From: Deinococcaceae bacterium
GTDB taxonomy: Bacteria; Deinococcota; Deinococci; Deinococcales; Trueperaceae
Assembly: GCA_040256005.1 (NCBI GenBank)
Contig: JBDZWC010000040.1
Span: 1 to 14,415, forward strand
DNA length: 14,415 bases
Direction: 5' to 3'
Of this stretch, positions 8,053 to 14,415 are shown piece by piece (position 1 is the first letter of the stretch; the number at the start of each line of letters is the position of its first letter). The notes beneath the pieces are model-generated. The model made no database searches. It was given only the letters and a program-made list of their open reading frames with translations, and was not told the origin of the DNA. Position numbers and translations under genes: made by a program.

Positions 8053-8082
8053 CCAACCTTCTGGTCAGCTCCTCAGTCTCCG

Positions 8083-9195
8083 TCAGCCATAGGGATTCAC
8101 TTGATTGTCGTCCGTGGTCAGAAGCCTGAGCAGCTTGGGGTGAAGGAAGAGAGTCTCACGTCCATGCTTGACCTCCAGCAAGACGCCTAGCTCAACCAAC
8201 TCGTGCAGGTACTTGGATGCAGTCTGCCTCTTGGCTATGCCGCGATCGACAACATTCGAGATTCGAATGTACGGCTGTTCGAAAATGACGTCGATCAACT
8301 CCCTGCTATATAGCCTCGGACGCGTCGCTCGCAGGTAGTCGACGGCATTTTGGTGGAGTGCCTGAATCGCCTCTATCTTGGCGAGCGTCCACTCTGCGGT
8401 CTCATGTACGCCGTCCAGCACATACAGGACCCAGTTCTCCCAGTCCTCATCAGAGGTGACCCTGTGGAGTCCCCCGTAGTACTCCGGTCTTTGCCGAATG
8501 AAGTGCCGGCTCAGGTAGAGGACAGGCATCGTTAGCAACCCGGTCTCCACAAGGAACAAGCTGTTGAGTACCCTGCCGGTTCGACCGTTCCCATCAGAGA
8601 ACGGGTGTATGGCCTCGAACTGGTAATGACCTACAGCAAGCCTGACCAATGGATCCACGTCCGTAGCGTAGTGGAGGAAGTGTTCCCAGTTCGCCAGCAA
8701 CTGCCTAAGGCGTGACTCCCCATCTGGCGGTGTGTAGATGACCTCTCCACTCGAGCTGTTGAGTAGGACCGTCCCGCCCTGTCTTCGTACAGTCATCTCA
8801 ACGCCCTTGATTCGACTTGCCACTCGTTCGGCCAACACCGTTCCCAACGGTCTACCAGCGAGGCCCCGGAATCCCTCCAAAAGGGCCTCTCTGTAGCGCA
8901 ACGCTTCTTTCACTGCTGGCGGGGCACCTGGAGCATCTGGCAGCGATCGAAACAGCTCGTCAGCAGTCGTGACGATGTTCTCGATCTCCGAACTCGCCTG
9001 CGCTTCTAGTAGCGGAAGCGTGTTGATCAGCATCGCCTGATTTGGAATCAGTTCGGCCGCCCTCTTAAGCTCGGCAAGTGCCGCGCGAGCAGGTATGCAG
9101 GCCTTCAGTACGGCTTTCGTCTCGAGGTCAGCGGTGGGAGGCAACGGCCTAAGCGAGTTGTACGGCTTATCGGGTTTCCAGCTGTCGGCCGACAT
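8083..9195 (-). CDS. fic: Fic family protein adenylyltransferase (class II, C-terminal HTH; SoFic-like)
   Basis: Canonical Fic motif HPFSDGNGRTGR. N-terminal inhibitory motif SSEIEN (S/TxxxEG/N). N-terminus 'WKPDKPYNSL' and C-terminal wHTH-like 'IAKRQTASKYLHELVELGVL'. An alternative in-frame, leaderless GTG start lies at 9222. Confidence 0.93.
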   Translation of the reverse strand: MSADSWKPDKPYNSLRPLPPTADLETKAVLKACIPARAALAELKRAAELIPNQAMLINTLPLLEAQASSEIENIVTTADELFRSLPDAPGAPPAVKEALRYREALLEGFRGLAGRPLGTVLAERVASRIKGVEMTVRRQGGTVLLNSSSGEVIYTPPDGESRLRQLLANWEHFLHYATDVDPLVRLAVGHYQFEAIHPFSDGNGRTGRVLNSLFLVETGLLTMPVLYLSRHFIRQRPEYYGGLHRVTSDEDWENWVLYVLDGVHETAEWTLAKIEAIQALHQNAVDYLRATRPRLYSRELIDVIFEQPYIRISNVVDRGIAKRQTASKYLHELVELGVLLEVKHGRETLFLHPKLLRLLTTDDNQVNPYG

Positions 9196-9295
9196 GTTCA
9201 AATATTGAGCATTTTTCGACACGTCTATAGCATATGGTGATGGCGCGTACACGTCAACCTCACATGTCGACAAATCCGCAGAATCTAGACAGGTC
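9191..9295. promoter_or_regulatory. Array of five GACATGTC-like boxes (putative Fic autoregulatory operators)
   Basis: GACATGTT 9191, GACACGTC 9218, TACACGTC 9248, CACATGTC 9261, GACAGGTC 9288. Two pairs have identical 27-bp spacing. Confidence 0.6.
9229..9257 (-). promoter_or_regulatory. SigA promoter of fic
   Basis: Minus strand TTGACG (9257-9252), 17 nt, TATGCT (9234-9229), then 6 nt to the in-frame GTG at 9222. Confidence 0.7.
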
Positions 9296-9314
9296 GGGGA
9301 TCAGCAACAGCCCC

Positions 9315-9407
9315 CTAGTTGCTCTTCTGCATGCCCGGGATGACCTTGTTGAGGGCGATCTTGGCCGCGCCCAGTATCCCCCAGCGAAGCGGCGTCGTAG
9401 CTGACAT
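9315..9407 (-). pseudogene. 5' fragment of a Gfo/Idh/MocA family oxidoreductase
   Basis: ATG 9407 gives MSATTPLRWGILGAAKIALNKVIPGMQKSN then TAG. This matches the Rossmann-start signature of the family (LRWGILG.AKIA...VIP). No continuation was found downstream. Confidence 0.75.
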
Positions 9408-9504
9408 GTAGCAGTAGACGACAGAACCGCGCTGTTGCGCGACGTGGAGGGGGCGCACGTGGGCGCCATGACCGGGTCCGGCATCCGCTAACGTGCTGGC
9501 TGCA

Positions 9505-9804
9505 GTGACCGACTACTTCGAGTTCGAGGCCCCCCTCTGGCGCTACGACGGGCCCGCCGCCTGGTACTTCATCACGCTGCCCAAGGAGCTGGGCGCGGAC
9601 ATCAAGGACGCGTTCGGGGGCATGACAGGCGGCTTCGGCTCGCTGCGGGTAGAGGTGACCGTCGGCGGCACCACCTGGCGCACCTCGATCTTCCCGGACA
9701 CCAGGTCAGCCTCGTACGTGCTGCCTGTGAAGGCGTCGGTGCGTAAAGCCGAGTCACTCGAGGCGGGCGACACTGTGAACCTTCGGCTGCGCATCATCCT
9801 CTAG
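9505..9804 (+). CDS. DUF1905 domain-containing protein
   Basis: 'FEAPLWRY…AWYFITLP…GFGSLRVEVTVGGTTWRTSIFPD…YVLPVKASVRKAE.LEAGDTV'. Start is GTG 9505 (ORF track 9493). Confidence 0.85.
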   Translation: MTDYFEFEAPLWRYDGPAAWYFITLPKELGADIKDAFGGMTGGFGSLRVEVTVGGTTWRTSIFPDTRSASYVLPVKASVRKAESLEAGDTVNLRLRIIL

Positions 9805-9820
9805 GGAGCGCAGCGAACGG

Positions 9821-10297
9821 TCAGACGGCGTTCTCCTTCGGGGGCGGCCATGTGTCGAGCAGCTGCCGCAGCAACACGATCCGACCGAAGTGGTAGGCGC
9901 TGTGCACGGCCAGGAACTCAAGTGCGTCACGCCACCGCAGACCGTACTCGTCGAAGAAGCCGGGATCAGGTGACTCGAGGAAGCCCGGTTCGGCTGACCG
10001 AGCGACCGCTTCGTTGGCGGCCTCCAGGTACTGCGCGACCAGCGCCTTCCATTCGTCGTGGTCCTTCGGTTGCGGTTGGGCCGGGAAGTGCTCCTCCCAT
10101 GGCCACTCGTTGAGGACGACACGGCCGTCATCCAGGGACATGCGCAGAACCTTCGTGAGGTGCCACAACTCCTGGTAGATGCTATGCGGCGCGCCTTCGG
10201 GTACCGCACTGACCTGTTCCAGGGTGAGCGCGCGCAGGAGGACGGCTCGCGGCGCGAACCCTCCGCTGAGCAACAAGTCGTCCCATTGATCGAACAT
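9821..10297 (-). CDS. DinB/DinB_2 family protein
   Basis: 'PHSIYQELWHL' and 'AVHSAYHFGRIVLLRQLL' give the His triad typical of DinB four-helix bundles. CATAAT lies 5 nt before the ATG. Confidence 0.85.
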   Translation of the reverse strand: MFDQWDDLLLSGGFAPRAVLLRALTLEQVSAVPEGAPHSIYQELWHLTKVLRMSLDDGRVVLNEWPWEEHFPAQPQPKDHDEWKALVAQYLEAANEAVARSAEPGFLESPDPGFFDEYGLRWRDALEFLAVHSAYHFGRIVLLRQLLDTWPPPKENAV

Positions 10298-10380
10298 GCT
10301 GGATTATGAGGGAAGCTGGTCGGGGTGCGCTTGGCCTGCCGCTTCTCGGTCGCGCCGTAGTCAAGGCGCGGAGGTGAGCC

Positions 10381-10701
10381 GTGCCATACAAAGTCTTCGT
10401 GGCGGACAACTTCCACTACAGGGACGAGAGTGAGACGTACCTGCAGGGCACCTACGACTCCCTCGAGCTAGCGACCGCCGTCTGCAAGCGCTTCCTGGAT
10501 GAGTTCCTCGCCTCCGCTTACACCCCTGGGATGACCGCCGACAAGCTTTACGAGACGTACTCCTTCTTCGGCGACGACCCGTACATCGTGGACGAAGGTA
10601 CGCAGGCTGTCCTGTTCTCGGCATGGATCTACGCGCGCGAGCGGTGCGAGGAGATGTGCGGGCCGAGGGGGTGGTCTAGCTCGGGACCACAGGCAACCTG
10701 A
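10381..10701 (+). CDS. Hypothetical protein
   Basis: GGAGGTG SD before GTG 10381. High GC3 and protein-like sequence ('YKVFVADNFHYRDE…FGDDPYIV…FSAWIYARERC'). Its 3' end overlaps the convergent GNAT by 26 nt. Confidence 0.75.
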   Translation: MPYKVFVADNFHYRDESETYLQGTYDSLELATAVCKRFLDEFLASAYTPGMTADKLYETYSFFGDDPYIVDEGTQAVLFSAWIYARERCEEMCGPRGWSSSGPQAT

Positions 10702-11308
10702 CGATGGGCCTGGTCTCGTTGCGGCGCAGCACTTCCTCGAACCCTTCGGCAGCGAACATCCGCATAGTCCCGGTGAAGTAGTCGACCGCCGTCGTGCGTA
10801 CGCCGTCAACGGGGTAACCTTCGACGATCCGGGCGCCGTTGTGCTTGGCGTACTCGACGGCAGCGGCGAGCAGTCCCGAGCCGATGCCCTTCTTGCGGTA
10901 CCCGACCCGCACCACGAAGCAGTTGATGCTCCAGGGGTCAGCGTCGTCGACGGCCTTGAGGATCTTCGACCGGCCCAAGGTCGGGAAATCGCTTCTCGGT
11001 CCCACCTGCACCCAGCCCACCGGTCTGTCGCCCAGGTAGCCCAGCAGCCCGGGCGGACGCGAATCGTCTATCAGGTCGTGGAACCGGTCGCGGTTGTCCC
11101 GCCTCTCGGCATAACCGCCATCCGGCCGGCGCCAGTGCATGCAGAAGCACTGCCGCGCCACGCCCTTCTCCCCGAAGACCTCTTCCATGTCCGCGAAGCG
11201 GGCGAGTGTGAGGGGGCGGACCGTCATCTGGCCCGAGGTGGTCTCGGCGGTGAAGGACCAATCTGCTATCGGCGGGACGGGCTTCTGAGCGGTGCGACCG
11301 ATTCCCAT
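10676..11308 (-). CDS. GNAT family N-acetyltransferase
   Basis: 'CFCMHWR', 'PVGWVQVGPR', 'WSINCFVVRVGYRKKGIGSGLL' (acetyl-CoA motif A), 'VEGYPVD', 'FAAEGFEEV'. TAGCAT lies 6 nt before the ATG. Confidence 0.9.
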   Translation of the reverse strand: MGIGRTAQKPVPPIADWSFTAETTSGQMTVRPLTLARFADMEEVFGEKGVARQCFCMHWRRPDGGYAERRDNRDRFHDLIDDSRPPGLLGYLGDRPVGWVQVGPRSDFPTLGRSKILKAVDDADPWSINCFVVRVGYRKKGIGSGLLAAAVEYAKHNGARIVEGYPVDGVRTTAVDYFTGTMRMFAAEGFEEVLRRNETRPIVRLPVVPS

Positions 11309-11470
11309 GGCTGGATGCTAGGGCGCAAACCGGTCACTTGGCGTCCTGGTTTAGAGCGGCTCGCCGGTCGGCCATCGGCCTTGGGACCTGGTGGTTCCGC
11401 CTTGGCGACACCAGCAGCGGTGGCTGGCGCCGCCGGCGACTGCGCGCCCAGGCCTCTTTGTGGCTCTGAA

Positions 11471-11581
11471 GCCACTACCAACCTCTTGCATAGGGCAAGT
11501 CCGTGCTTGCCTGAAGATCGCGATGGGACCGGGAGCTTCAGGACGAGGTCAGCACTTTCTATGCACGTAGTTGGTAGTGGC
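11471..11581. repeat. Long imperfect inverted repeat (111-nt hairpin)
   Basis: GCCACTACCAAC/GTTGGTAGTGGC (12 bp perfect), TGCATAG/CTATGCA, GTGCT/AGCAC and CCTGAAG/CTTCAGG are nested collinearly. Confidence 0.85.
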
Positions 11582-11595
11582 ACACCGGGCGGAAA

Positions 11596-11679
11596 GAGAC
11601 CCTCGGTCCTGGCACGAAGGCGCTGGGGCGCGCGTCGAGACCCTTGATCCCCCGCACGAAGGCGCCCGGGCACATCAAG
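11596..11679 (+). repeat. Degenerate tandem repeat (41-bp period) of a hairpin unit
   Basis: GAGACCCTCGGTCCT-GGCACGAAGGCGC (11596-11623) vs GAGACCCTTGATCCCCCGCACGAAGGCGC (11637-11665): 24/29 identical. Confidence 0.7.
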
Positions 11680-11697
11680 AGCCAGCGGCTCGCCGCG

Positions 11698-12417
11698 TCA
11701 CTCCCCGGCCATCACCTCGGACAGCGGCTTCGTCCCGACTACCTGCAACACGTCGAAGCTGCCGCTCACCTCGATCGTGTCGTCCGGGTTATGTTCCACG
11801 ACGCCGCGTCGAGTCTGGAACGAGAACGTGCCCTCGAACGTACCGGCCACATGCAAGGTGAGGTCGTCCACCTGCTCCACCCTTGCCACGGTGAGGCTGC
11901 CGTCTGTGAGCGCGTAGTAGTCGGTCGCCGAGAACGACTCCGGGTAGAGCTTCACAACGGGCGGGTACCGGTCAGGGTCCGCGGCCTGGAGCGAGTCGAG
12001 GGTCACCGCGAACTCGAAGTTCAGCTGTCCCAACCCCGCATCAGAGTCTTCGGTCGGCCGGGAGTGGACGGTCACGAAGAGCACCGACGGACGCGACAGG
12101 ACGACGCCGTTCATGACGACAGGGTCGGTCGCGTTCCACGTCGCCGTGTGCTGTGTCGTGCCGGCGATGCGCTCCAGCTCCGCGCGAACCCGCGGGTTCT
12201 CCACGCCCTGGCCCGCGTTCTCGGGCACCTCGACCGCGTAGGTGTGATATGTGCGGGCCTCGCCGGCGACGTTCAGCTCGATTGTGCCGGTCTCGTAGGT
12301 GGTCGAGGCGAACTGGGCCCAGGCCACAGCCGAGAGGGCGACGGACACAGCAGCCAGACGAGCGACGCTACGAACGCCGCTACCCCCGTGCGAACCAGCC
12401 AGGTTCTCGAGTCTCAT
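11698..12417 (-). CDS. Secreted hypothetical protein
   Basis: 239-aa ORF with high GC3, signal peptide ending AWA|Q and a beta-rich C-terminus ('GSLTV…VAGTFEGTF…VSGSFDV'). TAGATT lies 9 nt upstream. Confidence 0.8.
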   Translation of the reverse strand: MRLENLAGSHGGSGVRSVARLAAVSVALSAVAWAQFASTTYETGTIELNVAGEARTYHTYAVEVPENAGQGVENPRVRAELERIAGTTQHTATWNATDPVVMNGVVLSRPSVLFVTVHSRPTEDSDAGLGQLNFEFAVTLDSLQAADPDRYPPVVKLYPESFSATDYYALTDGSLTVARVEQVDDLTLHVAGTFEGTFSFQTRRGVVEHNPDDTIEVSGSFDVLQVVGTKPLSEVMAGE

Positions 12418-12490
12418 GGTGCCGTCAATCTAGGGAAGCGACGTCAAAGGCGCGTCAACGCGGCCCTGTCAGACCCCTGGCCGGACGCGA

Positions 12491-13033
12491 TCAACCACCC
12501 AAGACCGCAAGGTCCCGCCAGCCGTACGCGATCGCCGTGTACTCGACTCCGCCGATGGTTATCGGCTTCTCCCCCACCCGCTCGCCACCCTGCCGGCGGT
12601 AGAAGTCCTCGGCCGAGTTCCCGTCCAGCACCCAAAGCCGCATCGAGCTCGCGCCAGCGCTTCGCAGGTGGGCGACCGCCCGCCGCATGAGCTCCCGGCC
12701 GATGCCTCGGCCCTGGAACTCGGCGAGGAGATAGATGGCGGACAGCTCGGCGTCGTAGCCGCTGTCACCGTCGGGCTCGGGACCCACGCCCACGAACCCC
12801 ACGATGCCGTCCGCCGCCTCAGCCACGCCGACGTACGTGGCCCGAGCGGGCGGCTCCTCGATCAGGCGCTTCCAGTAGGCGGCGCGGGGCTCGACCGACA
12901 GGCCGTCGAGCAACGCGTCGGGGAGCAACCCGCGGTAGGTCGAGCGCCATGACGCCACGTGCACATGCGCGATGGCGTCGGCGTCCTCAGGTCGAGCTGG
13001 CCGGTACCCAACCGGTCCACGAGCGTCCTGCAT
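12491..13033 (-). CDS. GNAT family N-acetyltransferase
   Basis: 'RPARPEDADAIAHVHVASWRSTYRGLLP', 'ELSAIYLL.EFQGRGIGRELM', 'LWVLDGN.AEDFY'. Start is ATG 13033, with TAGTCT 8 nt upstream. Confidence 0.92.
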   Translation of the reverse strand: MQDARGPVGYRPARPEDADAIAHVHVASWRSTYRGLLPDALLDGLSVEPRAAYWKRLIEEPPARATYVGVAEAADGIVGFVGVGPEPDGDSGYDAELSAIYLLAEFQGRGIGRELMRRAVAHLRSAGASSMRLWVLDGNSAEDFYRRQGGERVGEKPITIGGVEYTAIAYGWRDLAVLGG

Positions 13034-13109
13034 CGCGAGGCAGACTACGGCGCGGCACGAGCGGTCGTCCATCGCGACGACCCATCCCGACCGCCCCCAT
13101 GCGGCCGTC

Positions 13110-13138
13110 TTGACAAGCATCTCGGCCGGCCTCAGGAT
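13110..13138 (+). promoter_or_regulatory. Putative SigA promoter of the lipoprotein gene
   Basis: TTGACA (13110-13115), 17 nt, CAGGAT (13133-13138). Confidence 0.5.
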
Positions 13139-13214
13139 TGCCGCACCTCACTCATCGTCGTCCCACGCGCCACGCGACGGAACTCGAGAACGCAGCAACG
13201 AGAGGAGCACCACC

Positions 13215-14414
13215 TTGATCGGCGTTCCTGTTGGGCGTCCTGGATTCGAACGAGCCGCAGGCGCAGTTCGCCGGCCCCTTCACCACGGCCGTCGCAACGC
13301 GCTTGCCTGCGCCGCCTTGCTCCTGGCTCTCGCCTCGTGCACTCAGCCACCGCCCCCTTCCGCGGAGGTGGCCATCGTCGGGCTCGAGGCGACGACGTAC
13401 GTCAACGACTCGGTCACCTTCGACATCGCCGTAGTGGGCGGCGAATACGACACCTTGGAACTCCGCCGGGACGGCGCTCTCTTCCAGGTCCTCACCGAAC
13501 CAACCTTCACCTGGGACGTCGGCGCCGCGCCGGAGGCGAGCTACTCCTTCGTCGCTCGCATCCGGCGCGGCGGACAGGTCTTCGACAGCGCGCCCAAGGT
13601 GGTCGTCGTAGACAGGACGCCGCCCACTGTCTCGCTGAACGTCACGCCGGACGAGCCGCCGTTGATGGCGGGCGAGGGTCAGGTGCACCTGGCCGCCTCG
13701 GCCGAAGATGAAGTCGCGTTGGCGCTACTCGAGCTACTGGACGGAGGCGAGGTCGTCCACACCGAGGCCGGCGGCGCCTCCGACGTCACCCTCACGCCGG
13801 AGCGCGGCGTGCACGAGTACCGTGCCCGAGCCACGGACCGCGCGGGCAACACTTCGACGACCACGGCCACGAGCGTGCCCGCCTACGTGCGCGAGAGCCG
13901 CACGCTTACCAGCGAGGCCGCCCTTGACGGGTGCGTCTCGGCCGGCTACGAAGCGGGCCTCTTCACCAGACACTTCGACGGCGCTGCCTGCACCTGGACC
14001 ACGACCTGGTCGATACTCCACTTCTACAGCTTCGACCTCTCGGCGATCCCCGGGGCTCTCGTCGAGGAGGCGGTGCTCCGCATCCACAACGCCGATGCAT
14101 TCGTGCCGGACGGCTTCCGGGCGAGCGTCACGTACGACGACACCGACGACGCCCCGCCAACGGCGTTCATCTACCCGTTCGTATCGACGGTTCCCGAGGA
14201 GAACGTGGCGCTCGAGACCTCCAGCGTCGCGGTCGTGCAGGAGCTGGACGTCACGGCGCTGGTGCAGGGCGATCTCGCCGCAGCGCGTCAACGTTCCCAG
14301 ATCAGGTTGCGTACTACCGGGCTCGGGCCAACGGTACTGGGCGGCACGGGCTACTTCGCGGAGGCTGGCGAAGACCTGGCGCCAACGCTGGAGCTCGACG
14401 CGCTCGTGCCCTAG
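13215..14414 (+). CDS. Lipoprotein with two Ig-like domains and a C-terminal DNRLRE-like domain
   Basis: GAGGAG SD 7 nt before TTG 13215 and lipobox LALASC. Ig-like signatures 'FTWDV…VDRTPPTV' and 'YRARATDRAGN'. C-terminal 'FYSFDLSAIP…AVLRI…LDVTALVQ…APTLEL'. The stop TAG is at 14412-14414. Confidence 0.85.
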   Translation: MIGVPVGRPGFERAAGAVRRPLHHGRRNALACAALLLALASCTQPPPPSAEVAIVGLEATTYVNDSVTFDIAVVGGEYDTLELRRDGALFQVLTEPTFTWDVGAAPEASYSFVARIRRGGQVFDSAPKVVVVDRTPPTVSLNVTPDEPPLMAGEGQVHLAASAEDEVALALLELLDGGEVVHTEAGGASDVTLTPERGVHEYRARATDRAGNTSTTTATSVPAYVRESRTLTSEAALDGCVSAGYEAGLFTRHFDGAACTWTTTWSILHFYSFDLSAIPGALVEEAVLRIHNADAFVPDGFRASVTYDDTDDAPPTAFIYPFVSTVPEENVALETSSVAVVQELDVTALVQGDLAAARQRSQIRLRTTGLGPTVLGGTGYFAEAGEDLAPTLELDALVP

Positions 14415-14415
14415 C

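Larger units (their letters stand above)
11355..11695. other. Structured intergenic element bounded by 12-bp direct repeats (candidate MITE/REP-like element or ncRNA)
   Basis: AGCGGCTCGCCG at 11355-11366 and 11684-11695, with three separate stem-loop domains between them (see findings). Confidence 0.5.

Noticed and set aside
8050..8067. Bidirectional terminator between the MBL and fic genes
   Set aside because: Only a 6-bp stem (TGACCA/TGGTCA) with no U-tract on either side.
11491..11510. RNase P RNA (GGGCAAGTCCGTGCT resembles GAGGAAAGTCCGGGCT)
   Set aside because: The other universally conserved RNase P segments are absent, and the sequence sits inside a simple hairpin arm.
11591..11670. 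Tandem glycine riboswitch (GAGA…CGAAGGCGC twice)
   Set aside because: The downstream CUC(U)CAGG elements are missing, the units are too short, and no sense-strand gene follows.
11266..11673. 135-aa minus-strand ORF (and overlapping plus-strand ORFs 10841-11647 and 11644-12690)
   Set aside because: Low-complexity Pro/Arg/Ala composition, no recognisable motif, and overlap with real genes. These are typical GC-rich shadow ORFs.
11596..11679. CRISPR mini-array
   Set aside because: Only two degenerate copies with a 13-nt gap, and no cas genes in the window.
9505..13033. Integron cassette array (GNAT, DinB and small hypothetical genes)
   Set aside because: The genes alternate in orientation, have their own promoters and lack repeated attC sites. 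No integrase is present in the window.
12972..13214. Extended N-termini of the lipoprotein (12972) and GNAT (13120) ORFs
   Set aside because: They would overlap each other head-to-head across promoter elements. SD or -10 evidence supports starts at 13215 and 13033.

Overview
GC-rich bacterial window, probably Deinococcota (Trueperaceae-like). This is inferred from the -10 boxes sitting just before start codons and from an Ig-domain lipoprotein; Actinobacteria cannot be excluded. The left part (259-5866) is an alpha-glucan/maltodextrin utilisation operon: LacI regulator, CUT1 ABC binding protein, two permeases and a GH13 neopullulanase/cyclomaltodextrinase-like enzyme. It has a clear TTGACG-N17-TAAGAT promoter followed by a perfect tandem pair of LacI-type operators. 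The middle (6081-9407) holds two lower-GC secreted hypothetical proteins (one a two-domain internal duplication), an MBL-fold hydrolase and a lower-GC class II Fic protein. The fic promoter is covered by five GACATGTC-like boxes, and a 30-codon Gfo/Idh/MocA oxidoreductase stub is cut off right next to them. The right part (9505-14414) is small accessory genes: DUF1905, DinB, a hypothetical, two GNATs, a secreted protein and an Ig/DNRLRE-like lipoprotein. The most unexplained feature is a ~340-bp structured non-coding element at 11355-11695, bounded by 12-bp direct repeats, with a long palindrome and two tandem covarying hairpins. No rRNA, tRNA, CRISPR array, transposase or integrase was seen.
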